The position numbers and the translations under genes are program-made. Shown one piece after another: positions 23,300-35,600 of a DNA stretch of 64,000 bases (position 1 is the first letter of the stretch; the number at the start of each line of letters is the position of its first letter). The notes beneath the pieces were generated by a model. It ran no database searches. It was not told the origin of the DNA and saw nothing but the letters and a program-made list of their open reading frames with translations. The DNA lies in the NCBI GenBank assembly GCA_030390025.1, contig CM059425.1, positions 175,090,001-175,154,000 on the forward strand, given 5' to 3'. This DNA comes from Squalus acanthias (lineage: Eukaryota).

Positions 23300-23660
23300 A
23301 CTACTTCCATGGCCAAGCTTCCTGGGCTCTGCTGCGATGCCGACGCGGCTGTCAATCAGAGTTGACGTCACAAAGGCCGGGTCGAATGGAGCTGGCGGCT
23401 CTGACCGGGTTCCCGGAAGAGGTGACGGGGTCTGCGGCATGTGTGCGGTATGGAGGGCAAGAAAGTGGAGATTCCAACCGGGGTGCTGGACGACCTGTGC
23501 AGGTAAACATACAGGAAGCGGCAAGTCAAAGCACACAGGCCGAGGTCTTCCGTGGCCCGGGGACGGGACGGGAGAAGGAAGTGAGGGCCTGGGAGGAGGA
23601 AATGCGCTCCGAGTGGAGAGCCCGACTGACGAGGGCCGAAGTTAGAATTGGATCCGATTC
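23300..23660 (+). promoter_or_regulatory. CpG-rich DCP2 promoter / first-exon region
   Basis: Local CpG enrichment, a CRE palindrome TGACGTCA (23363-23370) and an ETS motif CCGGAAG (23413-23419) just upstream of the ATG. Confidence 0.6.
23450..23502 (+). CDS. DCP2: DCP2 coding exon 1
   Basis: [17 protein letters not shown]; donor AG|GTAAAC. Confidence 0.92.
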
Positions 23661-26600
23661 AAAGATTTGGGAACCTTGGATTTTATTTTACATAAATGAG
23701 TAGAGAGAGCATATCGCGATTTCATTCCAGTTTCGAGAAACAAATCGCACCATGTGAAATGTAAAACGAGAGAACATTTTGTGATGCGGTTTTTAAAAAT
23801 ATAAATTCACAGTACCTGCAGTTTGCAAATAAATAAACAAGGGGCTCTCTGATTAACATTTTTAAATATTTCTCTTGTAAACCCTAAAATTTTAAACGAA
23901 GCGCACCACAACGGAGTTTAGTACAGGTTATTTAAAAATGAACACTTATTACTTCAGAGGTAGCAGGGTGGAACTGGATGACTACTATTGTATTGCCTCT
24001 TGTATAGATGTAGTGTTTTGTTGTACATTGCTTCTTCACGGTGCAGTGTTTAACGTGCATTCTACAACATAAAGGAAACGAGTAGCACCTTATGCAGCAC
24101 GTACCTTTCACTTTTTAAAATTTGTTTTGCTGTATAAACTTGCACATATCTGTGTGACTTGGCCAGATTTAAGCATCACAATACTGTGGCAATTCCTAGT
24201 GTGTAACTTGTAGATCCAAGAAGTGGCAGTATTTTAGGATGCTTTACACTACAGTGCGGATTTGGTGTAAAGTGACTTTTTTTGCTTTGCTCCAATGCTA
24301 AAGGGCAAGCAGTGACTCTGGATTTACACTGTCAGCGTGAAGTGTAAGATGCAACATTAGAGTAGTTATACTTTTTTTGGAAGGTGAAACTAAACTCTTT
24401 TAGCACTGTTGCCTCACAGCGCCAGGGACCCGGGTTTGAATCCGGCCTCGGATGACTGTCTGTGTGGAGTTTGCACATTCTCCCCGTGTCTGCGTGGGTT
24501 TCCTCTGGGTGCTCCGGTTTCCTCCCACAGTCCAAAGATGTGTGGGTTAGGTTGATTTGGCTAGGATAAATTGACCCTTAGTGTTAGGGGGATTAAATAT
24601 GTGGGGTTACGGGGATAGGGTGGGATTTGTGTCGGTGCAGGCTCGATGGGCCGAAATGGCCTCTATCTGCACTGTGGGGATTCTGTGATTCTTGATGTTT
24701 CCCTTATACTGGCTGCAGTACATGGCTATGGTGTGAGATTCTCTCTTAAAGGTGGTCTTATGCCAGTACCTAAGCTTGTTAGGGGAATTGTGCACAGGAG
24801 TCATTCTACATTATTTAATGTCAGTGTTAAGTCAAAATTATTTTGCAATAATGCAGAGTCTGATGAATAACTTGCCTATTTGTAATTCTGCTGATTGCGC
24901 AATTGTGCGAATATAATACGTGGCAAATTTTCTTTTCCACTCTGACCTGTGCACCTTCTGTGGCTGTAAGATGTGCAAATCTGCTTCCAGGCCTCTTACT
25001 GATTCTCTATTCTGACTGTTAGTTGATTTGTCACCATGGGCAGTGGTTTTATTTGTCTCCCCTGTTCAAAGTTTTTGAGTTTGGCATCTCAGCTGCCTGA
25101 CTGTGATTGGGAATTTACTTTGTGAGGAATCTTGAAGACAGAATAAGGAAATAAAATTAGTTGGAACAGACTGGACAAAGTACAGATGTCCTTGTGGTAA
25201 GAATGCTGAGGTTAAGAAAACAAATGGGATCTGTCTTTGCAGTGAAATAGTGGGGTATAGTGAGTTAATCTGCTAATGAAATATAGAACAAATACATTAG
25301 AAGGCAGCACGAACACTGCAACATAGAATTGATGTAATGGGTGCACTACAAAAATACAGGATTAGGCCTTCTAGATTTGAGACGGGTTGGTGGTAGGTTG
25401 TTCAAGTCGGCCTGGATTGGCATGTCTTTGCTGGTGTGGCGGTTATATTCTCTGGTGTTGGTGTCGATAAAAACAAACCGGTGATAATTTTCATAGTAGA
25501 ATTCAGCTGGACACCTTGGCTGCCTGTGTTTGCAAACATCGCACCACCACACCTACACTGCGAATATGCAGTCTCCAGAGAATACAACCGCTACACCAGC
25601 AAAGACATGCTGATCCAGGTCGACTTGAACAACCTACCACCAACCCATCTCAAATCTAGAAGGCCATTTTGGACTGTCGGCGAAGCCCTTCAGCGATCTC
25701 CCCTCAGTCTTGATGACCGATGGCGAAATGCTTGGAAGATCTGTGACATACGGAATGGATTCCTTATAGAGAACCCCACAGTGCAACCTGAAGGATCAAA
25801 CCTTCCTCGCAAACAGTGGACAACCATTAACTGCCTCAGAACCAGTCATGGTAGATGCTGCCACCTTCTCCAGAGATGGAAAAAGAAAAAAAAAAGAAAG
25901 ATTTGCATTAATATGGCGCCTTTCATGACCACCGGACGTCTCAAAGTGTTTTACAGCCAATGAAGTACTTTTGAAGTGTAGTCACTGATGTAATGTGGGA
26001 AACGGGCAGCCAATTTGCGCACAGCAAGCTCCCACAAACAGCAATGTGAAAATGACCAGATAATCTGTTTTTGTTATGGTGGTTGAGGGAGAAATATTGG
26101 CCAGGCCACCAGGGATAACTTCCCTACTCTTCTTTGAAATAGTACCATGGGATATTTTACATCCACATGAGAAAGCAGACGGGGCCTCGGTTTAACGTCA
26201 CATCCGAAAGATGGCACTTCTGACAGTGCAGCACTCCCTCAGCACTGCACTGGAGTGTCAGCCTAGCTTTATGTGCTCAAGTCCCTGGAGTGGGACTTGA
26301 ACCCACAACCTTCTGACTCGGAGGCGAGTGCGCTACCAACTGAGCCACAGCTGACACTACAGCTGAAGATTAAAGCATTCCCATCATGCGACTGTGGAGC
26401 TCCTAATCAGACCCTGGAGCCCATCATTGAGCACTGCCCTCAGAGGAAATTCACAGGCAGCCTACAAGATATTCTCGCTGTTGCACCTGAAGCTTTGGCC
26501 TGGATATCTGACTTAGATATTGACATTTGATTTGCTTTGCTACTACCATACGAAAGAAGACGACAGGATTGGGAACAGGCTTCGGGTTGACAAGCTCCCA

Positions 26601-29600
26601 AGGAGCATCTCCACCATTGTCCAGCTGGGTGGGACTGCCCTCGCATGGTTTCATTTGTATCTATCCAGTAATAGCCAAGTCCCCTTCACCCATCACCCCT
26701 GTGCTCGTTGACCTACATTGGCCTCCGGTCCAGTAATGCATCGATTTATAAAAATAAAAAAAAATAATAAAATAAAATAATTCTCATCTTTGTTTTGAAA
26801 TCACTCTCTATCTCTCTAACCTCCATCAGCCCTAAAATCCTCTGACATCTCTGTGCTCCTCCAATTCTGGCCTCTTGAACATCCCCAATTTTCTTCGCTC
26901 CACTATTGGTGGCCATGCCTTCAGCTGCCTAGGCCCATAGCTCTGAAATTCCCTCTACCTCGCTTTCCTCCTTTAAGATGCACCTTAAAACCTACCGCTT
27001 TGACCAAGCCTGTCCTAATATCTCCTTATGTGGCTTCATGTCAAATTTTGATTGATAATGTGGCAAACATTTAAAGAAATATTCCAAAATTCTCAACGAA
27101 TGTACATTCCATTGAGAAATAAAAGGCATTCGATAAGATGCCACATAAGGTTGTTACGCAAGATAAGGGCTCATGGGGTTGGGGGTAAGATATTAGACTG
27201 GATAAAGGATTGGTTAACAGACAGAAAACAGAGAGTAGGGATAAATGGGTCATTTTCAGGTTGGCGGGCTGTAACTAGTGGGGTGCTGCAAATGATCAGT
27301 GCTTGGGCCTCAGCTATTTACATTAATGACTTAGTTGAAGGGACCGAGTGTAATGTATCCAAGTTTGCTGACTACAAAGCTGGGTGGGAAAGTAAGTTGT
27401 GAGGAGGATGTAAAGAGGCTGCAAAGGGATATAGACAGGTTAAGTGAGTGGGCAAGAAGGTGGCAGATTGAGTATAATATGGGGAAATGTGAGGTTATTC
27501 ACTTTGGTAGGAAGAAAAATAGAAAAACAGAATATTTTATAAATGGTGAGAAATGAATTAAATGTTGGTGTTCAGAGAGAGAGAAAAACAGAATATTTTT
27601 TAAATGTTGGTGTTAAGAGATTTAGGTGTCCTCGTACTGGAAATACATAGTTAGCATGCAAGCAATTAGGAAGGCAAATGACATGTTGGCCTTTATTGCA
27701 AGGGGGTTGGAGTACAAGAGTAATGAAGTCTTGCTACAATTGTACAGGGCTTTGGTGAGAGAGTTTTGGTCTCCTTATTTGAGGAAGGATATACTTGCCT
27801 TAGAGGCGGTGCAACAAAGGTTTACTAGATTGATTCCTGGGATGAGAAGTTTGTCCTATGAGGAAAGATTGAGTAGATTGGGCTTATACTCTCTGGAGTT
27901 TAGAAGAATGAGAGGTGATCTCATTGAAGCATATAAGATTCTGAGGGGGATTGACAGGGTAGATGCTGAGAGGTTGTTTCTCCTGGCTGGAGAGTCTCGA
28001 ACTAGGGGGCATCGTCTCAAGATAAGGGGTAAGCCATTTAAGACTGAGATGAGGAGGAATTTCTTCACACAGAGGGTTGTGAATCTTTGGAATTCTCTAC
28101 CCCAGAGGGCTGTGGAGGCTCAGTAATTGGGTATATTCAAAACAGAAGTCGATAGATTTCTGACTAGTAAGGGCATCAAGGGATATGATGATAGGGCTGG
28201 TGAATGGAGTTGAGGCAGAAGATCAGCCATGATCTCATTGAATGGTGGAGCAGGCTCGAAGGACCGAATGGCCTACTCCTGCTCCTATTTCTTATGTTCT
28301 TATGTTCTTATAATTGCTCCTGTGAAACACCTTGGAATGTTTTACTACATTAAAGGCGCTATATAAATGCAACTTGTTGTCCTTAATTAGTAACCAGAAA
28401 TAGAAAGAATGTATTGGGTGATGAGCAATGTTCCTGCTAAGTCTGGAGGTCCTGCGCAGGCCACTCAATGGCTTTTCAATACAAGAAACCGTGCATGCGC
28501 GAAAATTTGAATGGGCCGCGCAGCCCATTAAAGGGACCGTGCACCAAAAAAAAATTGCAGGGAACATTGGTGATTAGGTAACTGGTATTTACTAATGCTA
28601 ATTGCAAGGACACCAAAGTGTTAATTCAGCAGAAAGATGCCATCTGATCAGACACTCTTTATGTAATAAAGTTTATGTAAAATCTGTGAAACAAAGGGGA
28701 CTTGCGGCCACAGCTGAATGCTAGCCGTCCTAGAAACAGGAATAGACCATTCAGTGCTTTGAGCCAGTTCCATCATTTTTATTAGATCATGACTGATTAA
28801 TATGATAGCAAAATACTGCGGATGCTGGAAATCCGAAATAACAACAGAAAACGCTGGAAAAACTCAGCAGGCCAGACAACATCCGTGGAGAGAGAAAGAG
28901 AGTTAACGTTTCAGGTCGATGACCTTTCGTCAGAATTGGAAAGAGCCGGAAATCAAATAGATTTAAGGCCAGGATAAAGCTGGGACAAGGGGGAGGGGAT
29001 AAAGGAACAAAAGGGGAGATTAAGAGACATTAAGAGATATGCAAGGCAAGAGGTGGTGGTAATGTGACAGGTTAAGGCTGAAAGAAGTGTGAAATCCACT
29101 GGCAGAATAAAGGACAGCTGCCAGCTTCTAGGAAAAAAAAAAGGTGGGGGGGGGGGGCCAAATAAAAGGGTGGATGAAAAAATAATATATAAATGTGATC
29201 GATTAATACCTCCACTTCATTTACCTGCCTTTTCTCCCTATCCCTTGATATCTTTGCCTAACAAAAGTTATATAACTTTTATAACTCTTGTTGAAATAAT
29301 GTGATGACTATGTCTGTAACTGGGCCGTGCTCTTTAATAGCTGAAATCCTTTGGAGATGAGATAATCTTAGTCTAAGAATGAACCCCAATTGCAGTAAAA
29401 TGCATACTGTAATTTACATGATTCCCACAATGTCTTTAGTTTGTTGAATGGTAGAAGATATCATGCTTACCAGATTTGTAGCAGGCTAAAACCACAATCA
29501 AACTTAGGCTTAAATAATATAAAGAAATGAAGATATTAAACACATACTTTAAAAGTTGAAGCATTATGTATTTTATAATATATACATTATAGAGAATCTG

Positions 29601-32600
29601 TTCAAGTTCATTGCCCTCTGGGTTGCTTCCAACAGGCATGGGTAGGGAGTTTCACTGAAAAGGGTAAGTCTCATTACATCGTTTAGTGTTTGTTTTGTAA
29701 TGTATTCAAATGCTTTAGTTTGAACACTTTTCAGAACCCAGTAAGGGCTAACTAACAGAGAAGCCCTGAATTCCATCTTTTAATTCCTTTGATCAAAGCA
29801 ATAATATTTTCAATTTAAAAAAAAAAAAAATTCTCTGTTAGACTGCAATATCATCAAGACCCCATGGGATGCTAATGATGAAGGGCATGTACATTATCTG
29901 GAAGCTAGGTGGTTTAATACTTAAGTATCTGCAGCCAAGTATTGTGATATCTGCTTACCTGGCTCATAATCTAAAATGCAAAAACTAATTCACAATTTGG
30001 GTGTAGATGTGTTGGCTGGCATGTTTATTGATTAATATCATGCTGTGTCTGGGGAGGCAAGTGAACAAATGATTTGTTGTCTATGCATAAATTTCACGTT
30101 ACAGAGGAACACTAAAGAATGTGGGATAAAAGAGCTGGACTGTGGCTACTAAGATCCTGAGACTATTCAACAGATAGTGCTGGACGAATAGTTGGCAAAA
30201 CTGTCTTAAACCAAAAAGATTGCCATATGGAATTAGACAGCCAAAGGAGGAGAACTGGAATCAGGAAAACCAGCAGCACTTATTTATTTGTAACAGGTGG
30301 TATTATCTGATAAGTATTCCGCCCCCGCCCCCACACTATGCAGGAATTCATTATTAATTTTACCATTGGGGCAGGCCTCAGATTTCCAGTCTTCTGGTAG
30401 ATTGATTGCTTTTGACACCTGACTTGAATATCAAACAGCTTGGTGTCTTCAACAGATAGCTTGGCACTAATATGAGACTGCAGGCTCACCTACATTAACA
30501 TATCAAATGTACAAGTGAATTGAAGATATAATTAACTTGTAAGTTTAGGAAATTGACACAAAGGTGAGGAACCACCTGGCTCTCTATGAAACCCATAGCT
30601 ACCTTTGAACAGATTTGTTTATTGCCTCAATTCTTCTACAAAGATGAAATCATTATTTTTAGAAGGCGGCTAATAGAGTCTATTTTAAATTTGCAATAAT
30701 TGGTCTATCTAAAATTTTACATGAAAAATTATTGCTGAGAAATGTTGTATGAAATAGGGTCTCCTTCTGTCATTCATAAATATGATGTGGAGATGCCGGT
30801 GTTGGACTGGGGTGGACAAATGTGAGAAGTCGCACAACACCAGGTTATAGTCCAATAGTTTTATTTGAAATCACAAGCTTTCGGAGCGCTGCTCCTTCGT
30901 CAGGTGAAGTCACCTGACGAAGGAGCAGCGCTCCGAAAGCTTGTGATTTCAAATAAAACTGTTGGACTATAACCTGGTGTTGTGTGACTTCTCACATTCA
31001 TAAATATGTCAGAACATGTTTTAGCTGCTACCTGTCAACAAATGGATCTCATTTTGTCAGTTTCAGGTTTGTTAGGTTTTCAGATGGATGGTCTTATTCT
31101 CGCATGATTTTCCTGAATATTTTTTTTTAGGATGTCTTTCATGAAACATTAAGTGATTTACACACAATTTTTCACGAGCATTTTCTCCATAATTTTTGCA
31201 TAAAATGATGTCTAATTTAAACAGATATGCTTCATTTAAATGTATTAGTCATAAAGCCAATCTTTGAGGCGCTTTGTTTTTTGAGGGGATGTGTTTGTGC
31301 TTGTATATTAGATGAAACATATGTGTATTTTAGCTAATTATTCACTAAGCTATAAGCAAAATGGGGCTGATATTAATTAGGGTCTTGGAGCCTGCTGTAT
31401 TGCAATTTGTACCAAGCTTGTGGTGGTCTCTCCTTTGGAGCCTTTGATATTTTGCTAGTACTGTACAACCCTTTGGGAATGAGAGAAGGTTGTAGTGAAG
31501 GGATCAAATACAACAAGATCTGTCTGAAATCTGCTCAGTTTCAATGCTATATTTTGTATGATCTTTAGAACTTGTCCTGATTTTATTTATTTATTTATTT
31601 ACAATGTGCAAGCCAACACTTCAAGCTGTTCAGTGTATTTATTGTAACACATTGTACAGCAGTATGGTGGGATATACATCTCAAGATTCTGAATCATTTT
31701 ATAAATGGCAGTAACACTGACAGTTGAATATTGTAACTATGTGGCTTATCTGTTGAACAGCCGATTCATTCTGCATATTCCAAGTGAAGAAAGGGACAAT
31801 GCGATCAGAGTGTGCTTTCAGATTGAGCTGGCCCATTGGTTTTACTTGGACTTCTACTTGCAGAACACACCAGGATTGCCTCAGTGTGGGATAAGAGATT
31901 TTGCCAAATCTGATATCCTTTTGACTACATATGAGGTAGATTTTGTTAACACCTGCAAAATATTTTTCATTGCAGAAATGTCGTGAACTGATCACTAGAT
32001 GTGTAGCAATATATTGCAGCCTTTGGAAATAGCAGGTTAGTTTTTGACAGTAGTATGATTGCTTCTTTGCATTTCCCTGTCTTGTTCCTCCTAAGCTCCA
32101 AATAAGTTGCTTTATCTACTCTTCATCCTCCCTGCATCTGATTAAAATTGAGACTCTTCTCTTTTTTTGTTGCTCTCGATTCATTCATTCCTGGGACTTA
32201 AAGTGTGGAAATCCCCCTTCTCCACAACCGCCCCCGCCCCCCCCCCCCTCCAATATTTATTTCCCTTTCCAATCAGGCTTTTAAAACCCAAGCTGAGAAT
32301 CTCCTGATCAGTACTTGATTTACCTGATCTTCCCTCTTACTGTTGACACGTTTTGGAGTCTTGCACCATCTGGATTCAAATCCAGCTCAGATGGGATGAA
32401 AATCTCTCTGGCTGAAAGTAATGTAACCAGTTCTGACGAAAGGTCATCGACCTGAAACGTTAACTCTGTTTCTCTCTCCACAGATGCTGCCTGACCTGCT
32501 GATTATTTCCAGCATTTTCTATTTTTATTTAACCAAAATGTTGTTGTTTATTCCTTAACTGCTGTTGCACTCTTCAGTCACTGTTCATTTTTACTTCGGA

Positions 32601-35600
32601 AAGGGGATGATGTGGAAAAGATTTTAGATGAATGGAAAGAGTACAAGATGGGAGTCCCAACATATGGTGCAATTATATTAGATGAAACACTGGAAAATGT
32701 AAGTAATAACTTAGAATGACTGCTACAGTACCAGAGGTTCCATACAATTTCATGTATGGGAAACGCGAAAGAAGTTTACATCTATGCAAAAGCCAAGGTT
32801 CATGTTAAGTAAAATAAATGTGTCGGGTCTTGCTGAGTTGTTTATGGTAGGATGCCAGATAATGTTACAAGACTAATATGGGAAAGCTATTTCCAATGGC
32901 CAGTGAGTCACTTACTAGAAGGCATAAATTTAAGATTATCAAAAAACTAAGAGAGGTTCGGAGATTTTTTTTGGATGGAGAGTTGTTAGGACATGGAATG
33001 CCCTACCAGAAACAGTGGTCAAAGCAGAATTAATAATAGCTTTTAAAAATAGTCAGTAAATATTGGGGGGGAAAAAACTTGAAAGGGACTAAATGGATTG
33101 CTTTTGCAGAGATTTGGCACAGGCACGATGGGCCAAATAGCCTCCTGTGCTGTAAAATTCTATGATTCTAATGGGGACTACAGTTGGCCTCCGCATGCAT
33201 GAGTTAGGAAGGGGAAAATCCTGCTCCTGGTCGCTATACAGTTTTCCTTGTTAGAAGCACATATTCTGGTTAGGTGAGGACAGGATCTGGATTGGCTGTG
33301 ATACCCGTCACAGTCAGATAGTCACTGATTAGTCACTCTTGAGCTTACGCATGACTAATGGATAAATGAGTAAGCTGACTAATGGATAAATGAGCAATCT
33401 GCCAAATGGTGACCTGCATCTGTAGTGCTGTTGCTGAAGGAGTCAATCTTGTGGATGCCAAGAAAGGTGGTGCGAAATATGAGGTTATGAAGGAGCGTAT
33501 GTTCTGTGAAGTAGAAAATACATACAACTTGGTATACTAAGTCTGTTCAAGAACTATTTTTTGTATTCAGTACTGTGTGGTAAAACTTGAATTTATACAA
33601 AATAAGATTTCAGATACTGGATGTACTTTTTTCGTTTTGTTGTATTTACAATTAAAAGAAAAAATAAACCCATTACACAGTCAATTGGTATGAAAAGTAA
33701 CTTTGATCTGGTTATTAGTGACGATATGGAGAGGTTTACTGTGCATGACATCACACTGAAATAATAGAGTTCAAATTTTATGTAGGTACATTTTTAACAA
33801 AACCACAGTAGGATCTTACAGTATGACAAATAGGGAAAAATGTTATCTTGACAGAATAAAGCACTTCAATCTAGATGCCAAAGGAGAAGATATCTATGAA
33901 TACGTATTTGCCTATAGATCATGCTTTTATATTTAATTAAATACAATTATTTGCAGGACTCCTCTATGAAATGAGGCAAATGGGAGCTGAAATTGCAATT
34001 CATTAACTAAGTTTTTGGTCAGTATTTCCTGCTGTAGATTTATAGTTTGCTTATAGGAATGTGCATTGCTGTGATATTGGAATCAATTTCAGGCGGATAA
34101 AAATAAGAACTTCCACATAAGTAGAATTGACTGCATAAACCACCTCATCCACATTAGGTCCTTTTGATGAACATTCTGAATAAGTTAGTTTGGCTCAGTG
34201 AAAATGTAAACACAGAGCTGCAGAGAGTTCAAAAATCTGAGGGATGTTGACCCCCTCCCTTTCCCAGTGCGAATAAAAGTTAAACAGTATTAAAAAGTTA
34301 AAATCCATGCAAACAGAGCAAATTAAATTTTGTTCCTATTCCTATTTATATAGGTACTTCTTGTTCAAGGTTATTTGGCAAAGTCTGGATGGGGGTTTCC
34401 AAAGGGCAAAGTGAACAAAGAAGAGGCCCCACATGACTGTGCAGTGAGAGAGGTAAGATATGACGTGTGTTTAAAAAGAAAATTCTTTTTGTATTTCTCC
34501 TCAGTAGTCTTTAAAAACAATTTGTGGCATAGTTATGTCAATGTTTCTAAAGTGATTTCAGACAGGTTTTCATTCAAGTGCTGATAGCTAACACAGAATC
34601 TAATGTGTAACGCTGTCTTAACTCGCTCTATCCTGTCTCAGAATATGTGTATTGTACACTACCTATTAAATATTCCAAACAGGATCCAGAAATAATTCAG
34701 TTTACTGCATTACTGATGTTTTGAAAAGACAGGCAGAATGGAAAAGGAGGGGGGCAGTTAACCCTGATAATAAAGAATGACATAAGGACAGTTGTGAGGA
34801 AAGGATCTTGGCTTGGAAGATCAGAAGTAGAATCAGTATGGGTGGAGATAAGAAATAACAAGGGGCAGAAAACACTGGTGGGAGTAGTTTATAGGCTCCC
34901 TAACAGTAGCTATACCGTTGGACAGAGTATTAATCAACAAATAATAGGAGCATGTAACAAAGGTAATGCAATAATTGTGGGGGACTTTAATCTTCATAGA
35001 CTGGGCAGATCAAATTGGCAAGGGTAGTCTGGAGGATGAGTTCATGGAATGCATTCGGACAGTTTCCTAGAACAATATGTCGTGGAACCATATAGACTGG
35101 GCAGATCAAATTGGCAAGGGTAGTCTGGAGGACGAGTTCATGGAATGCATTCGAACAGTTTCCTAGAACAATATGTCGTGGAACCAATCAGGGAACAAGC
35201 TATTTTAGATCTTGTTTTGTGTAATGAGACAAGGTTAATTAGTAATCACATAGGAAAGGATTCTCTGGGGAAGAGTGATCATAATATGATAGAATTTCAC
35301 ATTGGGTTTGAGAGTGAAATACTTACGTCTGAAACTAGAGTCTTAAACTTAAATAAAGCCAATTACATAGGTAAGAGGGGCGAGTTGGCTAAGGTAGATT
35401 GGGAAATTAGATTAAAAGGTATGACAATAGATAAGAAGTGGCAAACATTTAAAGAAATATTCCAAAATTCTCAACTAATGTACATTCCATTGAGAAATAA
35501 AAACTCCACAGGAAAGTGATCCATCTGTGGCTAACTAAAGAAGTTAAGGATAGCATTAGATTAAAAGAGGCTTATAATGTTGTGAAGAATAGTAGTAAGC

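Noticed and set aside
23212..23703. 163 aa ORF over the DCP2 first exon
   Set aside because: It is in a different frame from DCP2, runs through the splice donor and has no recognisable similarity.
26270..26360. tRNA genes at SINE heads (also 11480-11540, 24401-24450, 63090-63181)
   Set aside because: The A/B-box-like sequences are attached to SINE bodies and do not give a convincing cloverleaf.
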